Source: the human T2T-CHM13v2.0 reference genome, Homo sapiens
Strand: one strand, 5' to 3'
Assembly (NCBI RefSeq): GCF_009914755.1
Contig: NC_060939.1
Length of the DNA: 64,000 nucleotides
The first letter of the stretch is position 1, and each line of letters opens with the position of its first letter. A program made the position numbers and the translations under genes. Below, one piece after another: positions 13,717 to 27,200 of this stretch. The notes beneath the pieces are model-generated. The model was not told the DNA's origin. It saw nothing but the letters and a program-made list of their open reading frames with translations, and did not search any database.

Positions 13717-13869
13717 CCAGCTTTTAGTTTTTAAGGTAGTTGTTGTGTTATTACATGTGAAGTAAGGTTATTCTTAAATATCCATGTTTTGAGAATTAAT
13801 GATAATGACAAGTTAATTTATCTCAATCTAAATGACATTTTAATATTAAATATTTAAATATTTTTATTA

Positions 13870-14326
13870 CTTTTCCTTTTTAACAGAAGTCATTCTAACT
13901 GGTGTGAGATGGTATTTCACTGATGTTTTGTTTTGCATTTCTCTGATGATTAGTGATGGTATGCATGTGTTAATATGTTTGTTGGCCACATATGTGTTCT
14001 TCTGAAAACTGTTCACGTTCTTTGCCCATTTTTTAATGGGGTTATTTATTTTTTGCTCGTTGATTTGCCTAAGTCTCTTATGGCTTCTGGATAATAGGCC
14101 TTTGCTGTATGCATAGTGTGTGAATATTTTCTTCCACTCGGTAGGCTGTCTGTTCAATCCCTTGAGAGTTTCTCATGCTGTGCAGAAGAAGCTCTTTAGT
14201 TTAATTAAATCATACTTGTCAATTTTTATTTTTCTGGCAATTGCTTTTGAGGACTTACCCATAAATTCATTGCCAAGTGCAATGTCCAGGTGAATATTTC
14301 CTAGGTTTTCTTCCAGGATTTTTATA
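13870..14326 (-). mobile_element. L1PB/old L1PA ORF2 C-terminal fragment
   Basis: ORF 13867..14157 (MNRQPTEWKKIF...IKKWAK...IIREMQ...YHLTPVRM) is L1 ORF2p. Confidence 0.9.
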
Positions 14327-15287
14327 GGCAGAGGATGTAATCTCATGTCAATGGGTCTTAATAATCAAATGACTCCACACTGAGAATCATTACTGTGAAA
14401 AATCGATTTTGTTATAATGATAGAAATTTAAACATATAAAAGTAAAAACAGATGCCACCTCTTTGCTAGAACTCTACAAGGCAAATTACTATAAGAGAGC
14501 CATTGCAGTGAAATAAGTGAAAGCACATTATAAATAAACTTACCTGATTTTACAAACTAACCTGTAAAGGGATTTGTACTAATTTTTCCATTGCCTGCAT
14601 TGCCCTTTCTTCTAGATCCAATTTATATTTTTGTACTTCACCAATGTGTCTTCACCAATGTGTACTTTCCATACGTTTTTTAAGATTTAATATTACTTTT
14701 TCCAACATCTTTTTAGCCTCCTCAAGATTTTTACATTCCTGTTGTATTTTTTCATACATAATAACTCCTGTTGAATACCTTGATTGTTTTGAGTCAAACA
14801 GACATATTTTGAAGATACAGCTTCCAGCTCTGCTGTAAGATCATCAAACTACATTAATAAAATAATATAACTTGAAAATGAAGTAGGCTGAGAATAATCT
14901 CATACAAAACCAGTAACAAATTTTGAAATACATTTACTTGCAATAAAATGTTATCTATAATGTAGATTCTTTAAATGTTAACCCTTAAATTACTCAGAAA
15001 TTCAAGAACAAAGTAAAAGCCACCATAAGTCACATATATTCTTTACTATCATCTTTGCCACAGAACTTTTGCACTTGATCTTTCTTTTACTTTTCTGATA
15101 ATTTGTGTTTTTTCCTCCTTAAATGGCTCTATGTTAACTCTTATTAGAAAGTTTCAAACCCCTTTCTCTCATCATCGTGCCCCAAAATTTGTCAAAAAAA
15201 GTTTCAGAGATATAATATTGAGTTATTTAGGCCAAAGTCAATAAATGGCTCTTAGAATAAGACTTTGAAAATAATGTAATACTCTAT

Positions 15288-15590
15288 GCTAGGCATGGTG
15301 GCTCATGCCTGTAATCCCAGCACTATAGGAGGCTGTGGCAGAAAGATTACTTGAGGCCAGGAATTTGAAACCAGCCAGAGCAACATAGTGATAACATAAT
15401 CTCGACAAAAAATTTTATTTAAAATTAACCAGGCATGGTGACTTATGCTTGTAGATACAACTAGTTGGGAGACTAAGGCACAAGGATGGCTTGGACTCAG
15501 AGTTCATGGCTGCAGTGAATTATGACCAAGCCACTCCACTTCTGCCTGGATGACAGACAGAGACCATATCTCAAAAAAACACAAAATAAT
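15288..15590 (+). mobile_element. AluJ
   Basis: Diverged dimeric Alu. Confidence 0.85.
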
Positions 15591-15756
15591 CCTATAAATA
15601 AGGATTCTAATGCCATAAGCCTTTCCCTAGGCTGTAAATGTTTTATGCTAATTTGAATTGCATTTTTAAAAGTAATGACTCTTGGGGTAGAGGCCATAGA
15701 ATACAGCACCCAGATATAAATCCACATATTTGCCTTACAAGAAATAAATCCACATT

Positions 15757-16108
15757 CTTGCCTTACAAGAGCTCCTGAAGGAAGCACTAAACATGGAAAG
15801 GGACAAACAGTATGAGCCACTGGGAAAACATACCAAATTGTAACGACCATCGACACTATAAAGAAACTGCATTAACTAATGGGAAAAATAAACAGCTAAC
15901 AACATCATGACAGGATAAATTTCACATGTAACAATATTAACCTTAAATGTAACTGGGCTAAATGCCCCAGTAAAAAGACACAGACTGGCAAGTTGGAAAA
16001 AGACTCAAGACCCATTGGTGTGCTGTATTCAGGAGACCCATCTCACATGCAAAGACACACACAGGCTCAAAATAAAGGGACGGAGGAATATTTACCAAGC
16101 AAATGAAA

Positions 16109-16139
<31 letters not shown>

Positions 16140-16214
16140 GCAGGGGTTGCAATCCTAGTCTCCGATAAAACAGACTTTAAATGGAAAAGATCAAAAGAGA
16201 CAAAGGGCATTACA
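15757..16214 (+). mobile_element. L1PA fragment: end of ORF1 to start of ORF2 endonuclease
   Basis: gccttacaagagctcctgaaggaagcactaaacatggaaagg...catcatgacagga...attcaggagacccatctcac. It has an internal A28 run at 16112-16139 and abuts the tandem array. Confidence 0.9.
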
Positions 16215-16217
16215 AAG

Positions 16218-19200
16218 CAGTGCCATCTGCTTTTCCTCAGGACTCTGCTCCATCAGCCATCAGGTGGCAGCCATTCAGGCTGTTGGAACCTGGCCATCCA
16301 TGCTTCTTTGAGTGGGTGAGATTAAAGGCTGGTCCAACTGCACCAGGAGCATGCTTGCAGAGGTGGCTGCTTGCTCTTTGAGCCAGCTTGGCTTTGCCTG
16401 GCATGCACAGGCCCCAGCTACTGACAAGCTGCTCTGAGTGAGCTTGTCCTGCCTGGGGCCAAATTCTAAGTCTGGCCAGGGCCACAGAAGGGCAAGTCCC
16501 CTGGGTGGTAATCCTGACTTTTTTCTGCACTTGAACATAAAGTCCTCCTCAAGACGGCCTGTGGTCTGCCTCTTGGCAACCAAGAAGCCTGCAGTGCCAT
16601 ATAAGCTCGGAGGCATGGACTAGAGCCCCAAAGGCAGTGAACACCCTGCTCCTGAGCCTGCTGCTCATTTCCTCTGTGTGGCTCCATTTGTAGCACAGTT
16701 GTTGTACTGAGGCTTGTGCATGCTGGGCAAGGACAAGCTGGCTCAAAGAGGAACCAGCCACTTCTGCAAGGGTGTGCCAGGAGCAGGTAGACCAGCCACC
16801 AACCTCACTCACTGCCTGCCAGACATGGCACATCAGTTCTTCTACCCTAGAGGTAGGGCCCCAGTGCCATCTGCTTTTTCTGAGGCCTCTGCTCCATCAG
16901 CCATCAGGTGGCAGCCACACAGGCTGTGGGAACCTGCCTATCCTTGCTTCCTTGAGTAGCAGAGGTTGGTGGCTGCTCTACCTGCTCCCGGTGCACCCCT
17001 GCAAAGGTGGCTGGTTGCTCTTTGAGCCAGCTTGGCCTTGCCTGGCATGCAGAGGCCCCAGCTACTGACATGCTCCTCTGAGTGAGCTTGTCCTGCCTTG
17101 GCCCAAATTCTAAGTCTGGTCAGGTCCACAGAAGGCAGAGTCCCCTGGGTGGTAATGCTGGCTGCTTTCTGCATTTGAACACAAAGTCCTCCTCCAGACG
17201 ACCTGTGGTCTGCCCCTTGGCAATGAAGAAGCCCGCAGTGCCATATGAGCCCTGAGGCATGGACTGGAGCCCCAAAGGCAGTGCACACCGTGCTCCTGAT
17301 CCTGCTGCTCATTTCCTCTCTGTGGCTCCATTTGTAGCACAGCTGTTGCACTGAGGCTTGTGCATGCCGAGCGAAGCCAAGCTGGCTCAAAGAGGAACCA
17401 GCCACCTCTGCAAGGGTGTGCCAGGAGCCGGTGGAGCAGACACTAAACTCACTCGCTGCCGGTTGGGGCACATCAGTTCTTCTCCCATAGAGGTCGGGCC
17501 CCAGTGCCATCTGCTTTTCCTCAGGCCTCTGCTCCATCAGTCTCCAGGTGGCAGCCACTCAGACTGTTGGAACCTGGCCATCCATGCTTCCTTGTGTGGG
17601 TCAGTTTGATGGCTGCTACATCTGCTCCAGGCACACCCTTGCAGAGGTGGCTGGTTGCTCTTTGAGACAGCTTGGCCTTGCCTGGCATGCACAGGCTCCA
17701 GCTACCGATACGCTGCTCTGAGTGAGCTTGTCCTGCATTAGGCAAAATTCTAAGTCCGGTCAGGGCCACAGAAGGCAGAGTCCCCTGGGTGGTAATCCTG
17801 GCTGCTTTCTGCACTTGAACATAAAGTCCTCCTCAAGATGGCCTGTGGTCTGCCTCTTTGCAACCAAGAAGCCCACAGAGCCATACTAGCCCGGAGGCAT
17901 TGACTGGAGCCCCAAATGCAGCACACACCCTGCTCCTGAGCCTGCTGCTCTGTTTTCTCTGTGTGGCCCCATTTGTAGCACAGTTGTTGTACTGAGGCTT
18001 GTGCATGCTGGGCAAGGCCAAGCTGGCGCAAAGAGAAACCAGCCACCTCTGCAAGGGTGTGCCAGGAGCAGGAGGACCAGCCACCAACCTCGCTCACAGC
18101 CGGTCGGTGTACATCACTTCTTCTACCCAAGAGGTAGAGCCCCAGTGCCATCTGCTTTTCCTCAGGCCTCTGCTCCATCAGCCATCAGGACGCAGACATG
18201 CAGGCTGTGGGAACCTGGCCATCCCTACTTCCTTGAGTGGGTGAGGTTGGTGGCTGCTCCACCTGCTCCAGGTGCACCCTTGCAGAGGTGGCTGGTTGCT
18301 CTTCGAGCCACCTTGGCCTTGCCTGGCATGCACAGGACCCAGCTACTGATACACTGCTCCGAGTGAGCTTGCCCTGCCTGGGGCCAAATTCTAAGTCTGG
18401 CCAGGGCCACAGAAGGCAGAGCCCCTGGGTGGTAATACTGGCTGCTTTCTGCATTTGAACATAAAGTCCTCCTCAAGATGGCCTGTGGTCTGCATCTTGG
18501 CAACGAAGAAGCCCACAGTGCCACACGAGCCCTGAGGCATGGACTGGAGCCCCAAAGGCAGCGCACACCCTGCTCCTGAGCCTGCTGCTCGTTTCCTCTA
18601 TGTGGCTCCATATGTAGCACAGTTGTCGCACTGAGGCTTGTGCATGCCAGGCAAAGCCAAGCTGGCTCGAAGAGTAACCAGCCACCTCTGCAAGGGTGTG
18701 CCAGGAGCAGATGGACCAGCCACCAACCTCACTCACTGCCGGTCAGGGTACATCACTTCTTCTACCCTAGATGTAGGGTCCCAGTGCCATCTGCTTTTCC
18801 TCAGGCCTCTGCTCCATCAGCCATCAGGAGGCAGCCACTCAGGTTGTTGGAATCTGGCCATCCCTGCTTCCTTGAGTGGGTGATGTTGGTGGCTGCTCCA
18901 CCTGCTCCTGGAGCACCCTTGCAGAGGTGGCTTGTTGCTCTTTGAGCCAGCTTGGCCATGCCTTTCATGCACAGGCTCCAGCTACTGACACGCTGCTCTG
19001 AGTGTGCTTGTCCTGAGTTAGGCCAAATTCTAAGTCCGGTCAGGGCCACAGAAGGCAGAGTCCCCTGGGTGGTAATCCTGGCTGCTTTCTGCACTTGAAC
19101 ATAAAGTCCTCCTCAAGATGGCCTGTGGTCTGCCTCTTTGCAACCAAGAAGCCCACAGAGCCATACTAGCCCGGAGGCATTGACTGGAGCCCCAAATGCA

Positions 19201-21302
19201 GCACACACCCTGCTCCTGAGCCTGCTGCTCTGTTTTCTCTGTGTGGTTCCATTTGTAGCACAGCTGTTGCACTGAGGCTTGTGCATGCTGGGCAAGGCCA
19301 AGCTGGCACAAAGAGAAACCAGCCACCTCTGCAAGGGTGTGCCAGGAGCAGGTGGACCAGCCACCAACCTCACTCACAGCTGATCGGTGTACATCACTTC
19401 TTCTACCCAAGAGGTAGAGCCCCAATGCCATCTGCTTTTCCTCAGGCCTCTGCTCCATCAGCCATCAGGATGCAGCCATGCAGGCTGTGGGAACCTGGCC
19501 ATCCCTACTTCCTTGAGTGGTTGAGGTTGGTGGCTGCTCCACCTGCTCCAGGTGCACCCTTGCAGAGGTGGCTGGTTGCTCTTTGAGCCAGCTTGGCCTT
19601 GCCTGGCATACACAGGCCCCAGCTACCGACATGCTGCTCTGAGTGAGCTTGTTCTGCTTTGGCCCAAATTTTATCTCTGTCCAGGGCAGAGTCCCCTGGG
19701 TGGTAATCCTGCCTACTTTCTGCACTTGAATATCAAGTCCTCCTCAGGATGGCCTGTGGTCTGCCTCTTTGCAACGAAGAAGCCCGCAGTGCCACACGAG
19801 CCCTGAGGCATGGACTGGAGCCCCAAAGGCAGCGCACACCCTGCTCCTGAGCCTGCTGCTCATTTCCTCTCTGTGACTCCATACCTAGCACAGATGTTGC
19901 ACTGAGGCTTGTGTATGCCAGGCAAGGCCAAGCTGGCTCAAAGAGCAACCAGCCACCTCTGCAAGCGTGTGCCAGGAGCCGGTGGAGCAGCCACCAAACT
20001 CACTTGTTGCAGGTCAGGGCACATCAGTTCTTCTACCCTAGAGGTAGGGCCCCAGTGCCATCCGCTTTTCCTCAGGCCTTTGCTCCATCAGCCATCAGGA
20101 GACAGCCATTCAGGCTGTGGGAACTTGGCCATCCCTACTTCCTTGAGTAGCTGAGGTTGGTGGCTGCTCCACATGTCCCAGGTGCACCCTTGCAGAGGTG
20201 ACTGGTTCCTATTTGAGTCAGCTTGGCCTTGCCTGGCATGCATAGTCTCCAGCTACTGACATGCTGCTGTGAGTGAGCTTGTCCTGCCTTGGCCCAAATT
20301 CTAAGTCTGGTCAGGGCCACAGAACGCCAAGTCCCCTGGGTGGTAATCCTGCTGCTTTCTATACTCGAACATAAAGTCCTCCTCAAGACAGCCTGTGGTC
20401 TGCCTCTTGGCAACCAAGAAGCCCGCAGTGACATATGAGCCCTGAGCCATGGACTGGAGCACCAAAGGCAGTGTACACCCTGCTCCTGAGCCTGCCTCTA
20501 ATGTCCTCTGTGTGGTTCCATTTGTAGAACAGTTGTTGCACTGAGACTTGTGCATGCTGGGCAAGGCCAAGCTGGCTCAAAGAGCAACCAGCCACCTCTG
20601 CAAGGGTGTGCCAGGAGCAGGTGGACCAGCCACCAACATCACTTGCTGCCAGACATGGTACCTCAGTTCTTCTACCCTAAAGGTAGGGCCCCAGTGCCAT
20701 CTGCTTTTCCTCAGGCCTCTGCTCCATCAGCCATCAGGTGGCAGCCACTCAGGCTGTGGGAACCTGGCCATCCCGGCTTTGTTGAGGGGGTGAGATTGGT
20801 GGCTGGTCCAACTGCTCTAGGCACACCCTTGCAGAGGTGGCTGGTTGCTCTTTGAGCCAGCTTGGCTTTGCCTGGCATGCACAGGCCCCAGGTACTGACA
20901 CGCTACTCTGAGTGAGCGTGTCATGCCTGGGGCCAAATTCTAAGTCTGGCCAGGGTCACAAAAGGCTGAGTCCCCTAGGTTGTAATCCTGGCTGCTTTCT
21001 GCACTTGAACATAAAGTCCTCCACAAGATGGCCTGTGATCTGCCTCTTGGCAACCAAGAAGCCCACGGTGCCATATGAGCCCTGAGGCATGGACTGGAGC
21101 CCCAAAGGCAGTGTACACCCTGCTCCTGAGCCTGCTGGTCATTTTCTGTGTGGCTCCATTTGTAGCACAGTTGTTGCACTGAGGCTTGTGAATGCCAGGC
21201 AAGGCCAAGCTGGCTCAAAGAGCAACCAGCCACCTCTGCAAGGATCCACCTGGAGCAGGTGGACCAGCCACCAACCTCACCCACTTAAGGAAGCAGGGAA
21301 TG
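16218..21302. repeat. Tandem array of eight ~640-bp units, each with ~105-bp internal inverted arms
   Basis: Anchor cagtgccatctgctttt(c/t)ct recurs (single-base variants in units 6-7) at 16218, 16862, 17502, 18143, 18782, 19423, 20053 and 20692 (spacing 630-644). Confidence 0.95.
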
Positions 21303-21353
21303 TGTGTTTGTACCATGCATTGCACTACAAGTACATTTCTCCTGAGTTTGGTG

Positions 21354-22953
21354 GCCTAGGTTTTCTTCTAGGTTTTTTATGGTTTTAGGTCTTAAGTTTA
21401 ACTCTTCAATCCATCGTAAGTTAATTTTTGTATAAAGTGTAAGGAAGTGGCCCAGTTTCAGTTTTCTGCATATGGCTAGCCAGTTTTCCTAACACCATTT
21501 ATTGAATAAGGAATCCTTTCCCCATTGCTTGTTTTTGTCAGGTTTGTCAAAGATCAGATGGTTTTAGATGTGTTGTGTCATTTCTGAGGCCTCTGTTCTG
21601 TTCCATTTGTCTATATATCTGGTTTGGTACCAGTACCATGCTGTTTTGGTTACTGTAGCCTTGTAGAATAGTTTGAAGTCAGGTACCATGATGCCTCCAG
21701 CTTTGTTGTTTTTGCTTAGATTGTCTTGGCTACGCGAGCTCTTTTTTGGCTCCATATGAAATTTAAAGTAGTGTTTCTAATTGTGGGAAGAAAGTCAATG
21801 GTAGCTTCATGGAGATGGCACTGATTCTATAAATTACTTTGGGAGATATGGCATTCAGGCACAGAAATGTCCTTGTGTTAGGCAATACCATTCAGGACAT
21901 AGGCATAGGCGAAGACTTCATCACTAGAACACCAAAAGCGATGGCAACAAAAGCCAAAATTGACAAATGGGATCTAATTAAACTAAAGAGTGTCTGCACA
22001 GCAAAAGAAACTATCATCAGAGTGAACAGGCAACCCTCAGAAAGGGAGAAAATTGTTGCAATCTATCCATCTGACAAAGGGCTAATATGCAGAATCTATA
22101 AAAACTTAAACAAATTTACAAGAAAAAAACAAACAACCCCATCAAAAAGTGGGCAAAGGATATGAACAGACACTTCCCAAAGGAGACATTTACGCAGCCA
22201 ATGAACATGTGAAGCAAAGCACTGGTCATTAGAGAAATGGAATTCAAAACCATAATGAGATACAATCTTACGCCACTTGGAATGGCCATCATTAAAAAAT
22301 CAGGAAACAACAGAAGCTGGAGAGGATGTGGAGAAATAGGAATGCTTTTACACTGTTGGTGGGAGTATAAATCAGTTCAACCATCGTGGAAGACAGTGTG
22401 ATGATTCCTCAAGGATCTACAACTAGAAATACCATTTGACCCAGCAATCCCATTACAGTGTATATACTCAAAAAAATATAAATCATTCCAATATAAAGAC
22501 ACATGCACACGTATGCTTATTGCGGCAGTGTTCACAACAGGAAAGACTTGGAACCAACCCAAATGCCCACCAATGATAGACTGGATAAAGAAAATGTGGC
22601 ATATATACACCATGGAATACTATGCAGTCATAAAAAAGGATGAGTTCATATCCTTTGCAGGGACATGGATGAAGCTGGAAACTGTCATTCTCAGCAAACT
22701 AACACAAGAACAGAAAACCAAACACCACATGATCTCACTCATAAGTAGGACCTGAACAATGAGAACACATGGACACAGGAAGGGAAACATCACACACAAG
22801 GGCCTGTCAGGGTGGGGGGCTAGAAAAGGGATGGCATTAGATCATGGGTTGGTGCATGCAGCAAGCCACCATGGCATGTGTATACGTATGTAACAAACCT
22901 GCATGTTCTGCACATGTACCCCAGAACTTAAAGTATAATTAAAAAAAAATAAA
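21354..22953 (+). mobile_element. 5'-inverted (twin-primed) L1PA: antisense piece 21354-21855 plus sense piece 21879-22953 with poly(A)
   Basis: The inverted piece starts gcctaggttttcttct (RC agaagaaaacctaggc) and the sense piece starts taggcaataccattcagg. These are contiguous in L1. The element ends agaacttaaagtataattaaaaaaaaa. Confidence 0.9.
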
Positions 22954-22989
22954 TTTGCTTTTAATTAAGCTTTTCAACATAGAACTTGT

Positions 22990-24222
<1,233 letters not shown>

Positions 24223-24239
24223 CTCTGTCTTTTTTTTTT

Positions 24240-27200
24240 CTTTTTAATCTTTATTGGTATAGTCTGCTTTGTCAGAAACTAGGAGTGCAACACCTGCTTT
24301 TTTCTATTTTCCATTTCCTTGAAATATTTTTCTCCATTCCTTTATTTTGAGCCTATGTAGGGCACTGCATGTGAGATGGGTTTCTTGAAGACGGCATACT
24401 CCAATGGGTCTTGGTTCTTTATCCAGCTTGCCCCCTGTGTCTTTCAATTGGAGCATTTAGCCCATTTCCATTTAAGGTTAGTAATGGTATGTGTGGATTT
24501 GATCCTCTCGTCATGCTGTCAGCTGGCTTTTTTGCAGACTTATGTATGTGGTTGGTTTTTAGCATCACTTGTCTGTGTACTTCAGTGTGTTTTTGTAGTG
24601 GCTGGTGGTGGTCTTTTCTTTCCATATTTAGTGCTTCCTTCAGGAGCTCTTGTAAGGTAGGTCTGGTGATAATGAATTCCCTCAGCATTTGCTTGTCTGA
24701 AAAGGATCTTGTTTCTCCTTCACTTATGATGCTTAATTTTGCTGGACATGAAATTCTGGGTTGAAATTTCTTTTCTTTAAGATGTTGAATATCTTTTCTG
24801 GCTTGTACAGTTTCAGTTGAGAGGTCTGCTAAGTCTGATGGAATTTCCTTTGCAGGTGATGTTGCCTTTCTCCCTAGCTGCCTTTAACACTTTTTCTTTC
24901 ATTTTGACCGCAGAGAATCTGATGATTATGTGTCTTGGGGATGATCTTCTCATGGCATATCTTACTGAGGTTCTCTGGATTTCCTGAAGTTGAGTGTTGG
25001 CCTGTCTGGCTAGGTTGGGGACATTCTCATGAATGATATTCTGAAATGTGTTTTCCAAGTTGGTTCCATTCTCCTCATCTCTTTCAGGTACATTAATCAG
25101 TCATAGATTTAGTCGTTTATATAATCCCATATTTCTCGGATGTTTTGTTCATTCCCTTTCATTCTTTTTTCCCCCATTCTTGTTTGCCTGTTTTATTTCA
25201 GAAAGCCAGTTTCCAGGTTCTGGGATTCTTTCCTCTTCTTGGTCTATTCTGTTGGATGGTCTTGCACATGAGATGGAGCTGGTCTGACCTCAGCCCTCCC
25301 TAGTCTGCTTGCCTCTCCCAGGACCCCAGCCTGGCCACATCTGCTTACAGGGCACTCTCAGGTGCCCACACATACTACAATAATTTTCATAATGCAATCA
25401 CACACAATCACCGTGTGACTGCATTATGAAAATTCTTCTAGTGTGATTTACAGCTCTGTCAGGTCAGTTATTTTCTTCTTTATACTTGCTATTTTGTCTG
25501 TTAGTTCCTGCAATGTTTTACAATGATTTTTAGCTTCCTTGTATTGGATTACAACATACCTCTTTCACTCAGGGAACTTTGTTCCTACCCATATCCTGAA
25601 CTCTGCTTGTATCATTTCAGACATCTCAGCCTCAGCCCAGTTCTGAACACTTGCTGGAGAGTTGATGCAGTCATTTGGAGAAAAGAAAGCATGCTGAATT
25701 TTTGAGTTTTCAGTGTTCTTGCACAGAGTCTTTTTCTCATCTTTATGGGCTTATCCACCTTCAATCTTTGAGGCTGCTGACCTTTGGACAGGGTATTTTT
25801 CCTTTATTATATCTGATGACCTTGAGGATTTGATTGTGGTGTAAGGTGGATTCAGCCAACAGGTTTTGTCTTTGGAGGATTTTAAGGGGCCAACATGCAG
25901 CTCCCAATTCTTGGACTGTGTGCTTTAACTCTGGGGAACTTGTATTGGGCCACAACTTTGTTCTCTGGCTCCTCGAGGTTTGGAGTCCACCGCACTGAGG
26001 GGACCAAAGTGCGGCAGCTGTGGCAGAATGCTAGCAGATGCAAAAGTCCCTGCCTCCCTGTGGGCATTCACCTAGTGGTGGAGGCAAAACAGCTGGGGTG
26101 TGGGCCAGGGGGCCCCTGCTGACTGTGTGTGCTGTTGCACTGGAGGTAGTTCTGGTTTGGGGTGGGTGGCTGGCCAGTGAAGGTGCCTTCTCTGATCCCC
26201 CCCAAGCAACAGTGGTCACTCAGGGTATAAGAAGGTCCCTTTTCCTCTGCACAGCATTACCTCAAGGGTGAGATGCTAGCAGGGGTGGGGTTTTTGGTTC
26301 TGTGCCCACCATGGCTTCATCTTCAGTGGCAGTTGGTGTGGGTTGGGGTGTGTGCTGCATTCCCATATGCTGTTAGGGCAAGTACAACAAAACCCACCTG
26401 TGTAAACACACACAGCTAAGTGATGTAGAAAGTTTCCATATAAAGGGCTGCAGTATGGAGAGGTAATGTGCAGGCTGGTACGTGGCTGTAGAGGTCACCT
26501 TGCTGCAGCTCTCCACTGATCAGCCACGGTCCGCTTGTACAGAAGCTATGGTGTGGGCACCCAAAAGTGCCCTCTAAGCAGGTGTGGCCTGGCTGGGGTC
26601 CTGGGAGAGGCAAGCAGACTAAGGGGTGCTGAGGTCAGACCAGCCCCATCTCATGTGCAAGACTGCCCAGCAGAGATCAGGTCTCAGAGGAGAACTCTCT
26701 CAAAAGTGAATCCTCAGCACAGCACAACTGCTCTACACAAACGCGGCCAGACTTCTTTTTTAAGCAAGTCCCCCTTTTTAGGAAGAGAACTCTTAGACCT
26801 GATCTGTGCTGGGCAATCTTGCACGTGAGATGGGGCTGGTCTGACCTCAGCACTCCTTAAGTGCTGGGATAAAGTGTCTCATAAGAGCAAGTGGAGCCTA
26901 GAGACATAGATGTCCCTGCCCTCCGGGCTCCACATCAGCTGACTTGCTGCTCCACCACTTTCCTTGTCTCCTGGGGGCTACACCCCAGAGAGGTGTAAGT
27001 TAGGAGTTACTTAATGTAATCACCCCAGGATGGAGGGTCTGTGCTGTGGGCCCAAGCCAGGGTTCCTTGTCTGGTGATGAGCAGTAAGGGGTGTGTTGTA
27101 CCCGTGGAAGATGGACTGACTTGTTCCTTGTGTCAACTGCAGCTTGTTGGAGGTGTCAATATGGCACTTAGGGTCTTTGCTCCCTTGATATTCTGAGGGT

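Noticed and set aside
16181-21388. Dozens of recurring ORFs in the array, and a CRISPR-like reading of the repeats
   Set aside because: ORFs occur in all frames on both strands and are broken differently in each unit. The spacers are themselves repeated, the DNA is eukaryotic and there are no cas genes.
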